Below are positions 8,877-18,097 of a stretch of DNA of 53,657 bases, piece after piece. The stretch is from Thermoplasmatota archaeon (lineage in GTDB: Archaea; Thermoplasmatota; Thermoplasmata; Halarchaeoplasmatales; Halarchaeoplasmataceae). The first letter of the stretch is position 1; each line of letters starts with the position of its first letter. The notes under the pieces are model-generated. The model had not been told where the DNA came from. It saw only the letters and a program-made list of their open reading frames with translations, and did no database searches. The stretch spans positions 1-53,657 of the forward strand of contig JAZKSH010000002.1 of NCBI GenBank assembly GCA_036626195.1, read 5' to 3'. The translations under genes and the position numbers were made by a program.

Positions 8877-10325
8877 TTACCTGTTGTCGTAAACTATCTT
8901 TCCTCCCACCACGGTCATCTTCACATCTATATCCTGTATGTTTTTCGAGTCGAGAGGATTTTCCGACAGAACAACGAAATCTGCTAGTTTACCTTCCTCG
9001 AAGGACCCCAATTTGTTTTCATCTCCCGATGCGTAGGCGCCGTTTATAGTGTAGCTTTGAAGAGCGTTGTAGGCAGAGATTCTCTGTTCTAACACGGGAT
9101 GATTGATTGCGGAATGTACCCCGTACAGGGGAGACATAGGTAAGTTGTCCGACCCGAAGGTCATCTTTATCAAAGCTCTCTGTATGTCCCAGTAGGGATT
9201 TACCTTTTCTAATCTTTCCTCGCCCAACCTCTTTTCGTTCATCTCTGATGATTGAGACCACCGGTAAGCGAAGTTAGGCTGTGTGGATAGAACGAGACCT
9301 AGATCCCTGATTCTCCTTATATACTCATCCCAAAGCATCTCCGCATGTTCGATACGGTGCCTCAATTCTTTATTTCTTTCAGAAGCGTTTTCGAAAGCAT
9401 CTAAAACCGTGGAGATCGCCCTATCTCCTATGGCGTGAGCCATGACCTGAAAATCCCTTTCCTCGGCCTCCTCGATCATATCTTCCATGGTCTCTTGGTC
9501 GAGGAGGAGGACACCTCTGTTATCGGGATCATCTTCATATGGCTCTTTAAGCGCCGCTGTTTTGGCGCCGAGAGATCCGTCCGCGTACATCTTCAGACCG
9601 TTGAGAGAAAGGAACTCGCTCTTCTTCACGGGTTCAAGTCCGTCCGACTCGTCGAAATGAACATAGCAATTGACCCTTAAGTCAAGAGACTCTTCTTGAT
9701 CCAATTCCATATAAGCTTCCCAGTTCTCCCTATCGACGACGTCATGGACGCTGGTTATGCCCTTGGAATGGGCGATCCTTATGGCTTTCCGTATCGCCTC
9801 TTTCCTTTCCTCCCTGCTAACAGATATGATGTCATCTAGATTCCCCACGACCTTTTCTTTCAATAGGCCCGTTTTTCTGTCCACCATATCCCATTCGTCT
9901 CCGATCTTTCCCAGGGCCTCCGAGTTGGCCACGGCCATGTGTCCACAAATCCTTTTGATGATCATGGGATGCTCTTCAGTGACGTCATCTAGAACCTCTT
10001 TAGTGGGATAATCGGTTTTCTTCCAAACCGTCTCGTCGAAATCTACACCTATAATCCAATCCCCTTCCTGGGTTTCCTCAACTTCTTTTTCCAGATAGTA
10101 TTTGGTTTCGTCGAGGCTGTCGAAACCTGAAAGGTCGACCCTATTAACGTCTAGACCCATCTCCACCATATGGGTATGGGAATCTATAAAACCAGGCAGT
10201 ACGAAACACCCTTCTAGATTTATCTTATCGTCACTCTCCCCCATGATGACGTCAAAATCGTCTATGTGCTTGATCCTGCTGTTTTCGACGAGAAAACCGT
10301 GGTATTGTTCAGACCTTTTTTCCAC
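8877..10325 (-). CDS. Metal-dependent amidohydrolase (YtcJ-like, Amidohydro_3)
   Basis: Motifs GFIDSHTH and HAIGD; length and layout match the family. Confidence 0.75.
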   Translation of the reverse strand: MEKRSEQYHGFLVENSRIKHIDDFDVIMGESDDKINLEGCFVLPGFIDSHTHMVEMGLDVNRVDLSGFDSLDETKYYLEKEVEETQEGDWIIGVDFDETVWKKTDYPTKEVLDDVTEEHPMIIKRICGHMAVANSEALGKIGDEWDMVDRKTGLLKEKVVGNLDDIISVSREERKEAIRKAIRIAHSKGITSVHDVVDRENWEAYMELDQEESLDLRVNCYVHFDESDGLEPVKKSEFLSLNGLKMYADGSLGAKTAALKEPYEDDPDNRGVLLLDQETMEDMIEEAEERDFQVMAHAIGDRAISTVLDAFENASERNKELRHRIEHAEMLWDEYIRRIRDLGLVLSTQPNFAYRWSQSSEMNEKRLGEERLEKVNPYWDIQRALIKMTFGSDNLPMSPLYGVHSAINHPVLEQRISAYNALQSYTINGAYASGDENKLGSFEEGKLADFVVLSENPLDSKNIQDIDVKMTVVGGKIVYDNR

Positions 10326-10383
10326 TGGTATAACACTGCAGTTGATAAAACCCTTTTTAGTAATAGTAAAACCCCCTAGATAT

Positions 10384-10743
10384 TCAGAGTGACCTTTTTA
10401 TCTGTCCGATAGGTTCTTTGGTCAACTCCAAAACATCTTCGACGACGGCTCCGTCTTCCAGCCGTGTGACAAGGATCGCAGACTCACCGCTGTCTTGGAT
10501 CAGGATCCTGGAGTTTTCCAATTCTACTAGGACATATTTCAGCCGATCTTCTAGTTCGGAGGTAGCCGTTTCCGCAGATCCTAAAAGTATGGCCGACATG
10601 GCAACGTACGTTTCCATATGCGCCTCTCTCGGGACCTCTCCAGCTATATGCTTTCCGCTTCGTGAAACAAGGCTGACATCAAATACTTCTTTGTTTTCCT
10701 TGATATCTTCTAATATCCTCTCTAAAGAATTTGCTGGAGACAT
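10384..10743 (-). CDS. Roadblock/LC7 (MglB-like) domain protein
   Basis: 120 aa from ATG 10743. The pattern VFDVSLVSRSGKHIAGEVP...AILLGSAE...ILIQDSGESAILV is typical of the family. The ORF-track N-extension to 10821 is not needed. Confidence 0.65.
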   Translation of the reverse strand: MSPANSLERILEDIKENKEVFDVSLVSRSGKHIAGEVPREAHMETYVAMSAILLGSAETATSELEDRLKYVLVELENSRILIQDSGESAILVTRLEDGAVVEDVLELTKEPIGQIKRSL

Positions 10744-10876
10744 GATGACCACTGCTTTTTGAACTCTAGACGGAGATATGAATGGACTTACACGATTATA
10801 AACGTTTTCCTTCGAATTCAACCGTTCCTTAGTGATATGAAAAGATTATTAAAGCAGCATGTAGTAGAACCCAACG

Positions 10877-11308
10877 ATGTCCATAAAAAATTTCGAATTG
10901 ACAGCTATAGACGCCGAGAGATACAGCAAAAAGGAGGAGAGCAAGAAGAACGTGAAGATAAACCATAACAGTTCAGTCACCAAGATAGAAAAGATCGATG
11001 ACGAGACAAACAGCATCGATTTCAGGTTCACCGCTAGCTACACCGGGATGGGGAATATAAAGATAGAAGGCAGTCTCGTACACGTCGGCGGAAGCTCAGA
11101 CCTCGCTAGAAAATGGAGGAAAGAGAACAAGATGCCCAACGAGGTTGCTCAGGAGATACATTCGACCATAATCAAAAACTGTATACCCCAATCCGTCATA
11201 ATCGCAAGGGACTTGAGGCTTCCACCTCCGATCCCTCTCCCGAAGGTCAACATGCCGGACCAAGGTAACGAGACCAAACCTTCAAAAGGAGGTATGGAAG
11301 TAGCTTAA
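10877..11308 (+). CDS. Hypothetical protein, possible SecB-like fold
   Basis: The IDFRFTASYTGMGNIKIEGSLVHVGG...IIKNCIPQSVIIARDLRLPPPIPLPKVNM layout loosely parallels the C-terminal half of SecB. No motif proof. Confidence 0.3.
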   Translation: MSIKNFELTAIDAERYSKKEESKKNVKINHNSSVTKIEKIDDETNSIDFRFTASYTGMGNIKIEGSLVHVGGSSDLARKWRKENKMPNEVAQEIHSTIIKNCIPQSVIIARDLRLPPPIPLPKVNMPDQGNETKPSKGGMEVA

Positions 11309-11331
11309 TATCCCTGGATCGAACTGAAAAC

Positions 11332-11928
11332 ATGGTATATCATGAAGGTATTTTGGTCTCCTCTAACGAGGTCGTTAACGCTGCTGCTATCGGAGCGGAT
11401 ATCGAGACTCAAAAAATAAGATGCAGGGTTTACAGACCTTCCGATACTGCAAGGAACCTCGAACCTAGAGAAAAATTCACGTTCTCTCTGACCGACGATC
11501 CGTCATTATTTTTTAAGGGCGCTTTGACCGGTAGAGATGAACCGGACAATGCCGAACTTTCTGAAGAAGAGCTGAGCCGCCAAGACGCTTTTTTTTATCC
11601 TGACAGGGCAACAAAGGTCTATTTTTGTAGGGTCGAAAGCACCTCGGAAAAAAAGATAACGGACAGGTACGGGGAAACCCGGCTGAAGAGAGTAGAGGGA
11701 AAGGTTCTCTTTGAGGAGCAAAAGAATAAAGGCCAGCACCTAGACAGAAAAAATCCACTGCTCGATGCGATGGTGCACGCAAGTAGGCTTCCTGTAGCAG
11801 ATGAGAGGCAAAGGAAAGATCTCCAAAAAAAGGTAAGATCTGTCCTTAACTCGTTTGAACCTGATTCTAAAACCGATCAGGCGAAAATAAAAAATAAAAT
11901 AATCGGATTCATAGAAGAGTGGTCCTGA
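11332..11928 (+). CDS. DUF447-like (FMN-binding split-barrel-related) protein
   Basis: The N-terminal GILVSSNEVVNAAAIGADIE...IRCRVYRPSDTARNLEPREKFTFSLTDDPSLFFKGAL resembles the DUF447 pattern. Overlaps the downstream PHP gene by 10 nt. Confidence 0.45.
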   Translation: MVYHEGILVSSNEVVNAAAIGADIETQKIRCRVYRPSDTARNLEPREKFTFSLTDDPSLFFKGALTGRDEPDNAELSEEELSRQDAFFYPDRATKVYFCRVESTSEKKITDRYGETRLKRVEGKVLFEEQKNKGQHLDRKNPLLDAMVHASRLPVADERQRKDLQKKVRSVLNSFEPDSKTDQAKIKNKIIGFIEEWS

Positions 11929-12584
11929 TGAGACTAGATCTTCATATACATTCGATCCACTCCGGCGATTCCCATTGCGAACCTGCAGATATCGTCAGGA
12001 CCGCTGAAGAGAGAGGGATGGACGGGATGGCTATCATGGATCATAACACCCTCCGAGGTTATCATGAGGCTAAAAAAGTCGATACCGATATGATAATAGT
12101 TCCCGGCCTGGAGGTGAGCACTCCTGAAGGACACGTACTAGCTTTTGGTCTTCAAGAGGAAATAGGCAGACAAGATAGCATTCCGGCCGCCATAGAGATG
12201 ATACGGGAACACGATGCTCTGGCGGTGGCGGCGCACCCTTACAGATTCTGGTCCGGTATGGGTGAAGAGAACGTCCTGAAAAACGACTGGGATGCGATAG
12301 AGGGCATGAACGGCAGAGGTTGGGGCTTCAGGAATAGGCAGGCGCAGGCTCTAGCCGAAAGTTTGGATACCCCGGTTACAGGAGGAAGCGACAGCCACAG
12401 GTTGAAAACCATAGGGAAGGCATACACTATAGTGGAAGATGTGGAGGACTGGCATGACGTGATAAAGAAGGTGAAGGACGGCGATGCAGACGTGGGAGGG
12501 GAAAACAGGACCATCTATCAGACCTTCTTCTACGTGAAGAGAGCCCTTTCAGGGTGGATCAGAAGAGGGTTCAAGAGAATATGA
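11919..12584 (+). CDS. PHP-domain metal-dependent phosphoesterase
   Basis: MRLDLHIHSIHSGDS ... AIMDHNTLRG ... AAHPYR ... GGSDSH histidine/aspartate motifs. Confidence 0.8.
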   Translation: MVLMRLDLHIHSIHSGDSHCEPADIVRTAEERGMDGMAIMDHNTLRGYHEAKKVDTDMIIVPGLEVSTPEGHVLAFGLQEEIGRQDSIPAAIEMIREHDALAVAAHPYRFWSGMGEENVLKNDWDAIEGMNGRGWGFRNRQAQALAESLDTPVTGGSDSHRLKTIGKAYTIVEDVEDWHDVIKKVKDGDADVGGENRTIYQTFFYVKRALSGWIRRGFKRI

Positions 12585-12588
12585 TATA

Positions 12589-13440
12589 TTAACTCGATTT
12601 AAGTCGATAGAGAGCGTCAAGTATACTGACCACGACCGCTCCTGCGATAGCAGGAATCATCCATTCTCCAAAAGAGGGATCCGCTCTAAAGGCTCTAGCG
12701 GTGGGTGCCCTAAGCCCCCCGAGTATGAGGCCGAAAAGGAAAACAAGTGTAGCTTTTTTGTGTTTTTTAAATAGTATCTCCACTATCCTAGCGAAACTGA
12801 ACAGCCCGGTCAAAGCTCCACTCATGAAGACGACTATTACCAGGATATTCAATCCATTTAGGGCATTGATCAGGTATTCGTACTGTTGTAAAATTATAAG
12901 GATGAATGAACCAGATATGCCCGGGAGGATCATCGAAGGTATGGATACCAGGCCTGAGAAGAAGATAACCGGAAGAGAGTGGTTCGTTTTGAAAGGCGAA
13001 AGGCCGACTATATAAAAAGCTGAGAAAAATCCGAAGGTCCCTGATATTATCGTTTTTATATCGAAATGTTCAATCCTGTGATATAGTGTTCCCGCGGATG
13101 CGAGAATCAGGCCAAAAAAGAAGGCGAAAGTTACAGCCTGGTATTCGTTTAAAAAGGTGCCGATAAGTCGAGCGAGTATCAGTGTCGCGGAAGCGATGCC
13201 TATCAGGAGCGGCGATAAGAATTTGTAGTCAATCGATTTCAATTTTTTTAGGAATTTATCTTTTTCTCCCACGAAAAGTGATAGAGGGCTCTTTAAGGGG
13301 ATAGTATTGATGGCGTGGATTAATCTCTCATATATACCCATCAATAAGGCCATGGTCCCACCGGAAACGCCGGGAGTGATGTTGGCTAGCCCTATCACGA
13401 AACCTTCTAGTAACGTTATGATAGACTCTTTTACCTTCAT
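12589..13440 (-). CDS. DUF368 family integral membrane protein
   Basis: The PGVSGGTMALLMGIYERLI motif is repeated as PGISGSFILIILQQYEYLI. Polytopic membrane protein. Confidence 0.75.
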   Translation of the reverse strand: MKVKESIITLLEGFVIGLANITPGVSGGTMALLMGIYERLIHAINTIPLKSPLSLFVGEKDKFLKKLKSIDYKFLSPLLIGIASATLILARLIGTFLNEYQAVTFAFFFGLILASAGTLYHRIEHFDIKTIISGTFGFFSAFYIVGLSPFKTNHSLPVIFFSGLVSIPSMILPGISGSFILIILQQYEYLINALNGLNILVIVVFMSGALTGLFSFARIVEILFKKHKKATLVFLFGLILGGLRAPTARAFRADPSFGEWMIPAIAGAVVVSILDALYRLKSS

Positions 13441-13495
13441 CTCGACGGAGACCTAGAAATCTATCGGTTGTTATATTTTTCGTAAAATCTTCGTT

Positions 13496-14668
13496 TCAGA
13501 CTAATGTTATGAGTAATGGGAGGACAACGAAGAGGCCGATCCAAGTGAATATATTGGCGAATATCCCGACCATGATAGGTCTGATAAGATTGTTGGACAG
13601 GAAATCGTTCAAGGAGGCGGAAGACATGAGGTCTTGTACGTCCTTTATAGTCGGCTGCCTAACCCTAGCCTCCACGTACCCGGCGATCCATCCGGGGCCG
13701 ATCAAAGTCAAGGACATAAAAGGAGCTAAGAGGAAGGAGATCAGGATGGAAAGCCCGTGTCCTCTGCCGATGAGAGCCCCGAAAGAAGCCATCCCTCCGA
13801 CCGCTATAAACCAATACAGCCAGGCCCTCCATATGCTGAGCACGTCGGAGAAGAGAAAAAGATAGATGGCTAAGCTTATGAAGAATATGGGCGAAGCGTA
13901 TCGGAGTAGCTTCTTGTATAACTTCTTTCCGACCTCCTCTAGATGAGCGTGTCCGGAGACTTCCCCCTTCCTCTCTTCCTCTCTAGTCAAACCCCCGAGC
14001 TTCTTTTTTAAATCATCGATCTTGCTCCTAGGGATGATAGCCAGCATCTTGCCCCCTTTCGAGAGCTGGTATACTTTCCTGGACATGTATTCTAATCTTT
14101 CCCACCTTGCTTTTTCAGCTATGTCCGGAGAAAACTTGTCTAAAGTGCTGATGACCCCTTCAACCATGTCGTCATGTTTTTCCATCTCATCTACTGATCT
14201 CTCTTTCTTTTCATCAGAAAATGAGAGCATGGCAGATTTGAAGTACCAACCGACCTTGAGCGTCTCGATGGGAGACATGTCCCTCACGGCCCTTTTCAGA
14301 GTAACGGTGATGTCCCTGTCGATGAACTTCACGTCGACGTCAAGAAAGTCGGCGACGTCGACCAACTCGGCTATATGGGCTTCGGGTTCCACCTTTTTGA
14401 AGTTCCTTAGATTTTCTCTCACCGCATCCACGAACATCTGGTACATGAGAGTACTGGATTCCCCTCCCTTATAGGAAGACAGCAATGGTTTTTTCAACCA
14501 TTCCTCTTTCTCCTCTAGAGACTCGAACCGCTTCTCGCAGAGCGCTAAACCAATGGATGTAGGTCTATAATTATCTATTAGAACTTCTAGCTCCTCCTTT
14601 AGGTCCTCCCCACCTATGTAATCGACACCCACCAGTATGATCTCATCGCTGAACTCCTCTACTTCCAT
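13496..14668 (-). CDS. TraB/GumN-family protein with C-terminal membrane domain
   Basis: N-terminal IILVGVDYIGGEDLKEELEVLIDNYRPTSIGLALCEKR resembles the TraB pattern. The C-terminal about 130 aa is hydrophobic. Confidence 0.55.
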   Translation of the reverse strand: MEVEEFSDEIILVGVDYIGGEDLKEELEVLIDNYRPTSIGLALCEKRFESLEEKEEWLKKPLLSSYKGGESSTLMYQMFVDAVRENLRNFKKVEPEAHIAELVDVADFLDVDVKFIDRDITVTLKRAVRDMSPIETLKVGWYFKSAMLSFSDEKKERSVDEMEKHDDMVEGVISTLDKFSPDIAEKARWERLEYMSRKVYQLSKGGKMLAIIPRSKIDDLKKKLGGLTREEERKGEVSGHAHLEEVGKKLYKKLLRYASPIFFISLAIYLFLFSDVLSIWRAWLYWFIAVGGMASFGALIGRGHGLSILISFLLAPFMSLTLIGPGWIAGYVEARVRQPTIKDVQDLMSSASLNDFLSNNLIRPIMVGIFANIFTWIGLFVVLPLLITLV

Positions 14669-14690
14669 AGTTCGATACTTTCCATCAGGA

Positions 14691-14716
14691 GGTATATTAC
14701 TAAAACTTTTTTATAC
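14691..14716. promoter_or_regulatory. Back-to-back TATA-like boxes for the divergent TraB-like and CaCA genes
   Basis: cttttttatac ends 24 nt before ATG 14740. On the other strand GTAATATACC lies about 25 nt before ATG 14668. The spacing suggests leaderless transcripts. Confidence 0.45.
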
Positions 14717-14739
14717 TTTGTGAGTTTGGAATACAGACG

Positions 14740-15732
14740 ATGTTGGCTGCCATAGGATGGACCTTGCTGTTAGCTGTCGGTGTCATACTCCTTGTGAAAG
14801 GAGCCGACGTTTTGGTCGAAGCCGGGGGTAAGACTGCGGCTTACCTTGGAGTTTCCTCAGTAGTGGTCGGCCTCACACTGGTATCCTTCGGCACGTCTTT
14901 ACCAGAGCTGGGGTCTAGTGTAAACGCGGTGCTGAAGAACAGAGGAGGGATATCCGTGGGTAACGTAATCGGTTCCAACATAGCCAATGTCCTTCTAGTG
15001 CTTGGTATCAGCTCTTTGATAAGGCCGATCTCTGTGAACGAGAAGGCGATCAAAAGAGAGATACCCCTCATGTTCGGAGCCATGGCTCTTTTATTCATCT
15101 TCGTTTCCTCTTTGTATTCGGGCCAAAATATCATCAAGAGATGGGAGGGAGTCTTATTGCTCGTGGCTTTTGCAAGTTACATTATCTTTTTCGGTTGGAT
15201 CTCCCTTAAGGCGAAACAGAAAAAAGACGCTGAGTTCCCTCCTGTCGAGGTGGACATCGAGGTCTTCGAGAGGGTGGAGGACTTCGATTGGAAGATCAAC
15301 CTCACCAAGATTATAGCCGGCATCCTCGGCATAGCTATAGGATCTGAGCTGATGATACGGGCCGCTATCTTTTACATAGACGAGTACCACCTGATCGAGG
15401 GTGTGGTGGGATTGACCATAATCGCCATATCCACCTCCCTCCCGGAACTCGCGGCTTCGTCCGTAGCCTCGTACAAGAAGCATTCAGGTATATCTTTCGG
15501 GAACGTGATCGGCTCGAACACCTTCAACATATTGATGGTCCTCGGAGTAACTGCTTCTTTGACTCCTCTTGCCGTTTCCCCTGAATTATACTCAAGCCTC
15601 TTCATAATGTTGTTGGCCAGCCTTTTTTTGACCGCCGTGGTATATTTTAGAAAGAAAATCACTCGCCTGGAAGGCGGTCTTATGCTCGCCGCTTATTTTC
15701 TTTACCTATTCTATATAACCCAATTCGGTTAG
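14740..15732 (+). CDS. CaCA-family Na+(K+)/Ca2+ antiporter (YrbG-like)
   Basis: Two alpha-repeats: GLTLVSFGTSLPEL...GNVIGSNIANVLLVLG and GLTIIAISTSLPEL...GNVIGSNTFNILMVLG. Confidence 0.85.
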   Translation: MLAAIGWTLLLAVGVILLVKGADVLVEAGGKTAAYLGVSSVVVGLTLVSFGTSLPELGSSVNAVLKNRGGISVGNVIGSNIANVLLVLGISSLIRPISVNEKAIKREIPLMFGAMALLFIFVSSLYSGQNIIKRWEGVLLLVAFASYIIFFGWISLKAKQKKDAEFPPVEVDIEVFERVEDFDWKINLTKIIAGILGIAIGSELMIRAAIFYIDEYHLIEGVVGLTIIAISTSLPELAASSVASYKKHSGISFGNVIGSNTFNILMVLGVTASLTPLAVSPELYSSLFIMLLASLFLTAVVYFRKKITRLEGGLMLAAYFLYLFYITQFG

Positions 15733-15734
15733 AC

Positions 15735-16325
15735 TCAATAGCCGTAGTGGAACATCTTACGGTTTTTAATGATCAGTATAAGTCCGCTCAGAGAAAGAAA
15801 CAAGCTGGAAAACAGGTAGAGAGCAGGTGGGGTGTCGCCCAGGAGGAAAAAACTACTGTCTGAATTCAATCCACCCCAAAGTACCGAACCCAAGACTGCA
15901 AAAATACCTCCGCTCAGCGAAACAGCGAAGGACCTCGCCCGAAAGGTATTCAATGCACCTATGATCGTCAGTACGAGGAAGAATGAGCCCGCGATGCCAA
16001 CCCCTCCACGGAAAACCGAAAGATCTTCGAACAGGAAGAGGGAAACGGAGCCGAGGGTGAAGAAGGCGACGGCCAAAAGGAGGAAGCCCCCTCCTATCTT
16101 CAGTCGAGACTCCTTACCCCCGCCGGGGCCGGGATAAGGATTGAGACCTCTATTGAGCTCCCAGTAGTACTTTGTTTCTTTTACCCTCCGCTTCTCCCAC
16201 AGGTCTCTATAATTAAATCCGCAGTAGGGACAAGTGACCTGTACCTTTTCAGCCACCCTGTTCTCTTCGTTCACGTGGAAATGCGCTCTGCACCTAGGGC
16301 AGTGAGTTAATAGGTTTTTCATCAA
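15735..16325 (-). CDS. MJ0042-type zinc-ribbon protein with a C-terminal four-TM domain
   Basis: CPRCRAHFHV...VTCPYCGFNY is followed by a Gly/Pro linker and hydrophobic helices. Confidence 0.5.
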   Translation of the reverse strand: MMKNLLTHCPRCRAHFHVNEENRVAEKVQVTCPYCGFNYRDLWEKRRVKETKYYWELNRGLNPYPGPGGGKESRLKIGGGFLLLAVAFFTLGSVSLFLFEDLSVFRGGVGIAGSFFLVLTIIGALNTFRARSFAVSLSGGIFAVLGSVLWGGLNSDSSFFLLGDTPPALYLFSSLFLSLSGLILIIKNRKMFHYGY

Positions 16326-16423
16326 ATGGTTATAGTCAAGAAGAGAATAAGAGTTTTTTGTTCCTGATAGAGACCTTTCAAGAAGAAAACATATTTAAGA
16401 GGGTGATAGATTAAGCCTACAAC

Positions 16424-18091
16424 TTGTCACCGAAGATCGACCTACCGGAAGGACTAAAAGCCCAGGAGATAGAGGGCCCAGGAAAACTTCAGCCACTGTT
16501 GAAAAAGTTGAAACGTTATTCATTTCAGGGTTACCTTAAGATAAGTGTTCGGGATGAGTTCGAAGGCTATCTTGTGTTGAAGGAAGGGCTGCCTAGAAAC
16601 GCTTTATTTTACGATCTAAAGGAGGATGAGCAGGAAAAGGGTCTGCCCGCCCTGCAGCAGATCCATGCATTGAACTCAAATCCTAACCTCTACATCTCGG
16701 TACACACCGATCTGGACATCGATGAGTTGATTGAAAAAGTTGGGGGAAAACTCCCCGCTCGAGGCGTCGAAAAGACCGGCACTGGTAAAACCCCAACACC
16801 CGATAAACCGAGTGAGATGTTCAAGCAGCAGACTTTAGAGCGGTCCGAAGGGGCCTTGAGTGATCTATCCGAGGAGGTCAAAGAAGATTTTCTAGAGAGG
16901 TATTCTTTTAGAAACTTCATCGTTGGTCCCAATAACCGGTTCGCCTACACGGCGGCTCTCTCGGTGGCAGAAAACCCAGACGAGAGTTACAATCCGCTTT
17001 TCATAACCAGCAAGACCGGGCTGGGCAAGACCCATCTTTTGAAAGCAATCGGCCGAGCGCAGCTCATAGACGATAAAGATAGAAAAGTGAAGTATGTCGT
17101 GACCTCTAAACTTTTGAACGAGATAGAGGAAAGCGAAAAGGAAGACCAGATGTCCGACCTAAGAGAGAAGTATCTCGACACTGAGACTTTGCTATTGGAC
17201 GATGTACAATCCTTGGCCAACAAGGAACATCTCCAGGAGGAGTTTTTCTATATACTCTCGGAATTGCAGAGCAAGGGAGGTCTGATCGTATTATCAGCTG
17301 ATCGATCGCCGGAAGATCTGCCGCAGATCGAGGACCACCTGATCTCACGCTTCAGGTCGGGCCTTGTGGTTGATATCTTAGCCCCTAGTTACGAAACCAG
17401 GAAGAAGATAGTCGAGTTCAAGGCGGAAAGAGAAGGGCACGAGATACCGGAAGACGTGGTGAACTACATGGCTAAAAAGATCAGGAAGAACGTGAGCTCT
17501 ATCGAGGGGGCTTTGAACAGGGTCACCGCTTACTCATCACTCCTGGATAAGCCCATAACCCTCGAAACCATGGAGGACGTTCTGACGAGATACATAGATA
17601 AAGAGATCGATACGGGGGAGAGGCTCAAACCTCAGTTCAAACCCGGGAGAAGCTACATCGTAGAAGAAGAGACTACGCCCTCAGAGGGTTTGAGTCTCCT
17701 CGATGAATTACCGTCCCGAAAGCAGAAGTTCGTGCTCTCAAGGATGAACCCTGAGCAGATCAAAGACGAGTATGAGCTCAAAAACTCGGAGATCGCATGG
17801 TTGACGGATAGAAAGAGCGAAGAGCAGCCTACCATACCCCCTAATCTAGAGAGATTGAGTTGGACACTAGAAGAGCAGATCAAGAGTATGGACGTTGTGT
17901 TCATCGACGGACTTGAATACTTGATAAGCAACACTAGTTTTGACGCCAGCATACAGTTCATAAGACACATCGTGGACGTGGTCTCTGAAACCGACACTGT
18001 GTTCGTGCTCGTCGTCAATCCGAAGGCGTTAGAGAGCAAAGAGATCAGTATACTGGAGAGGGAGATGGACGTGATCTCCTACGTAAGTTAA
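16424..18091 (+). CDS. DnaA-type AAA+ ATPase lacking DnaA domains I/II/IV, fused to an N-terminal unknown module and a C-terminal DUF835-like module
   Basis: Colinear with DnaA domain III: FRNFIVGPNNRFAYTAALSVAENPDESYNPLF, TGLGKTHLLKAIG, LLLDDVQSLANKEHLQEEFF, LSADRSP, ISRFRSGLVVDI, NVSSIEGALNRV. The only possible start is TTG 16424, because an in-frame TAA sits at 16412-16414. Confidence 0.75.
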   Translation: MSPKIDLPEGLKAQEIEGPGKLQPLLKKLKRYSFQGYLKISVRDEFEGYLVLKEGLPRNALFYDLKEDEQEKGLPALQQIHALNSNPNLYISVHTDLDIDELIEKVGGKLPARGVEKTGTGKTPTPDKPSEMFKQQTLERSEGALSDLSEEVKEDFLERYSFRNFIVGPNNRFAYTAALSVAENPDESYNPLFITSKTGLGKTHLLKAIGRAQLIDDKDRKVKYVVTSKLLNEIEESEKEDQMSDLREKYLDTETLLLDDVQSLANKEHLQEEFFYILSELQSKGGLIVLSADRSPEDLPQIEDHLISRFRSGLVVDILAPSYETRKKIVEFKAEREGHEIPEDVVNYMAKKIRKNVSSIEGALNRVTAYSSLLDKPITLETMEDVLTRYIDKEIDTGERLKPQFKPGRSYIVEEETTPSEGLSLLDELPSRKQKFVLSRMNPEQIKDEYELKNSEIAWLTDRKSEEQPTIPPNLERLSWTLEEQIKSMDVVFIDGLEYLISNTSFDASIQFIRHIVDVVSETDTVFVLVVNPKALESKEISILEREMDVISYVS

Positions 18092-18097
18092 GATATT

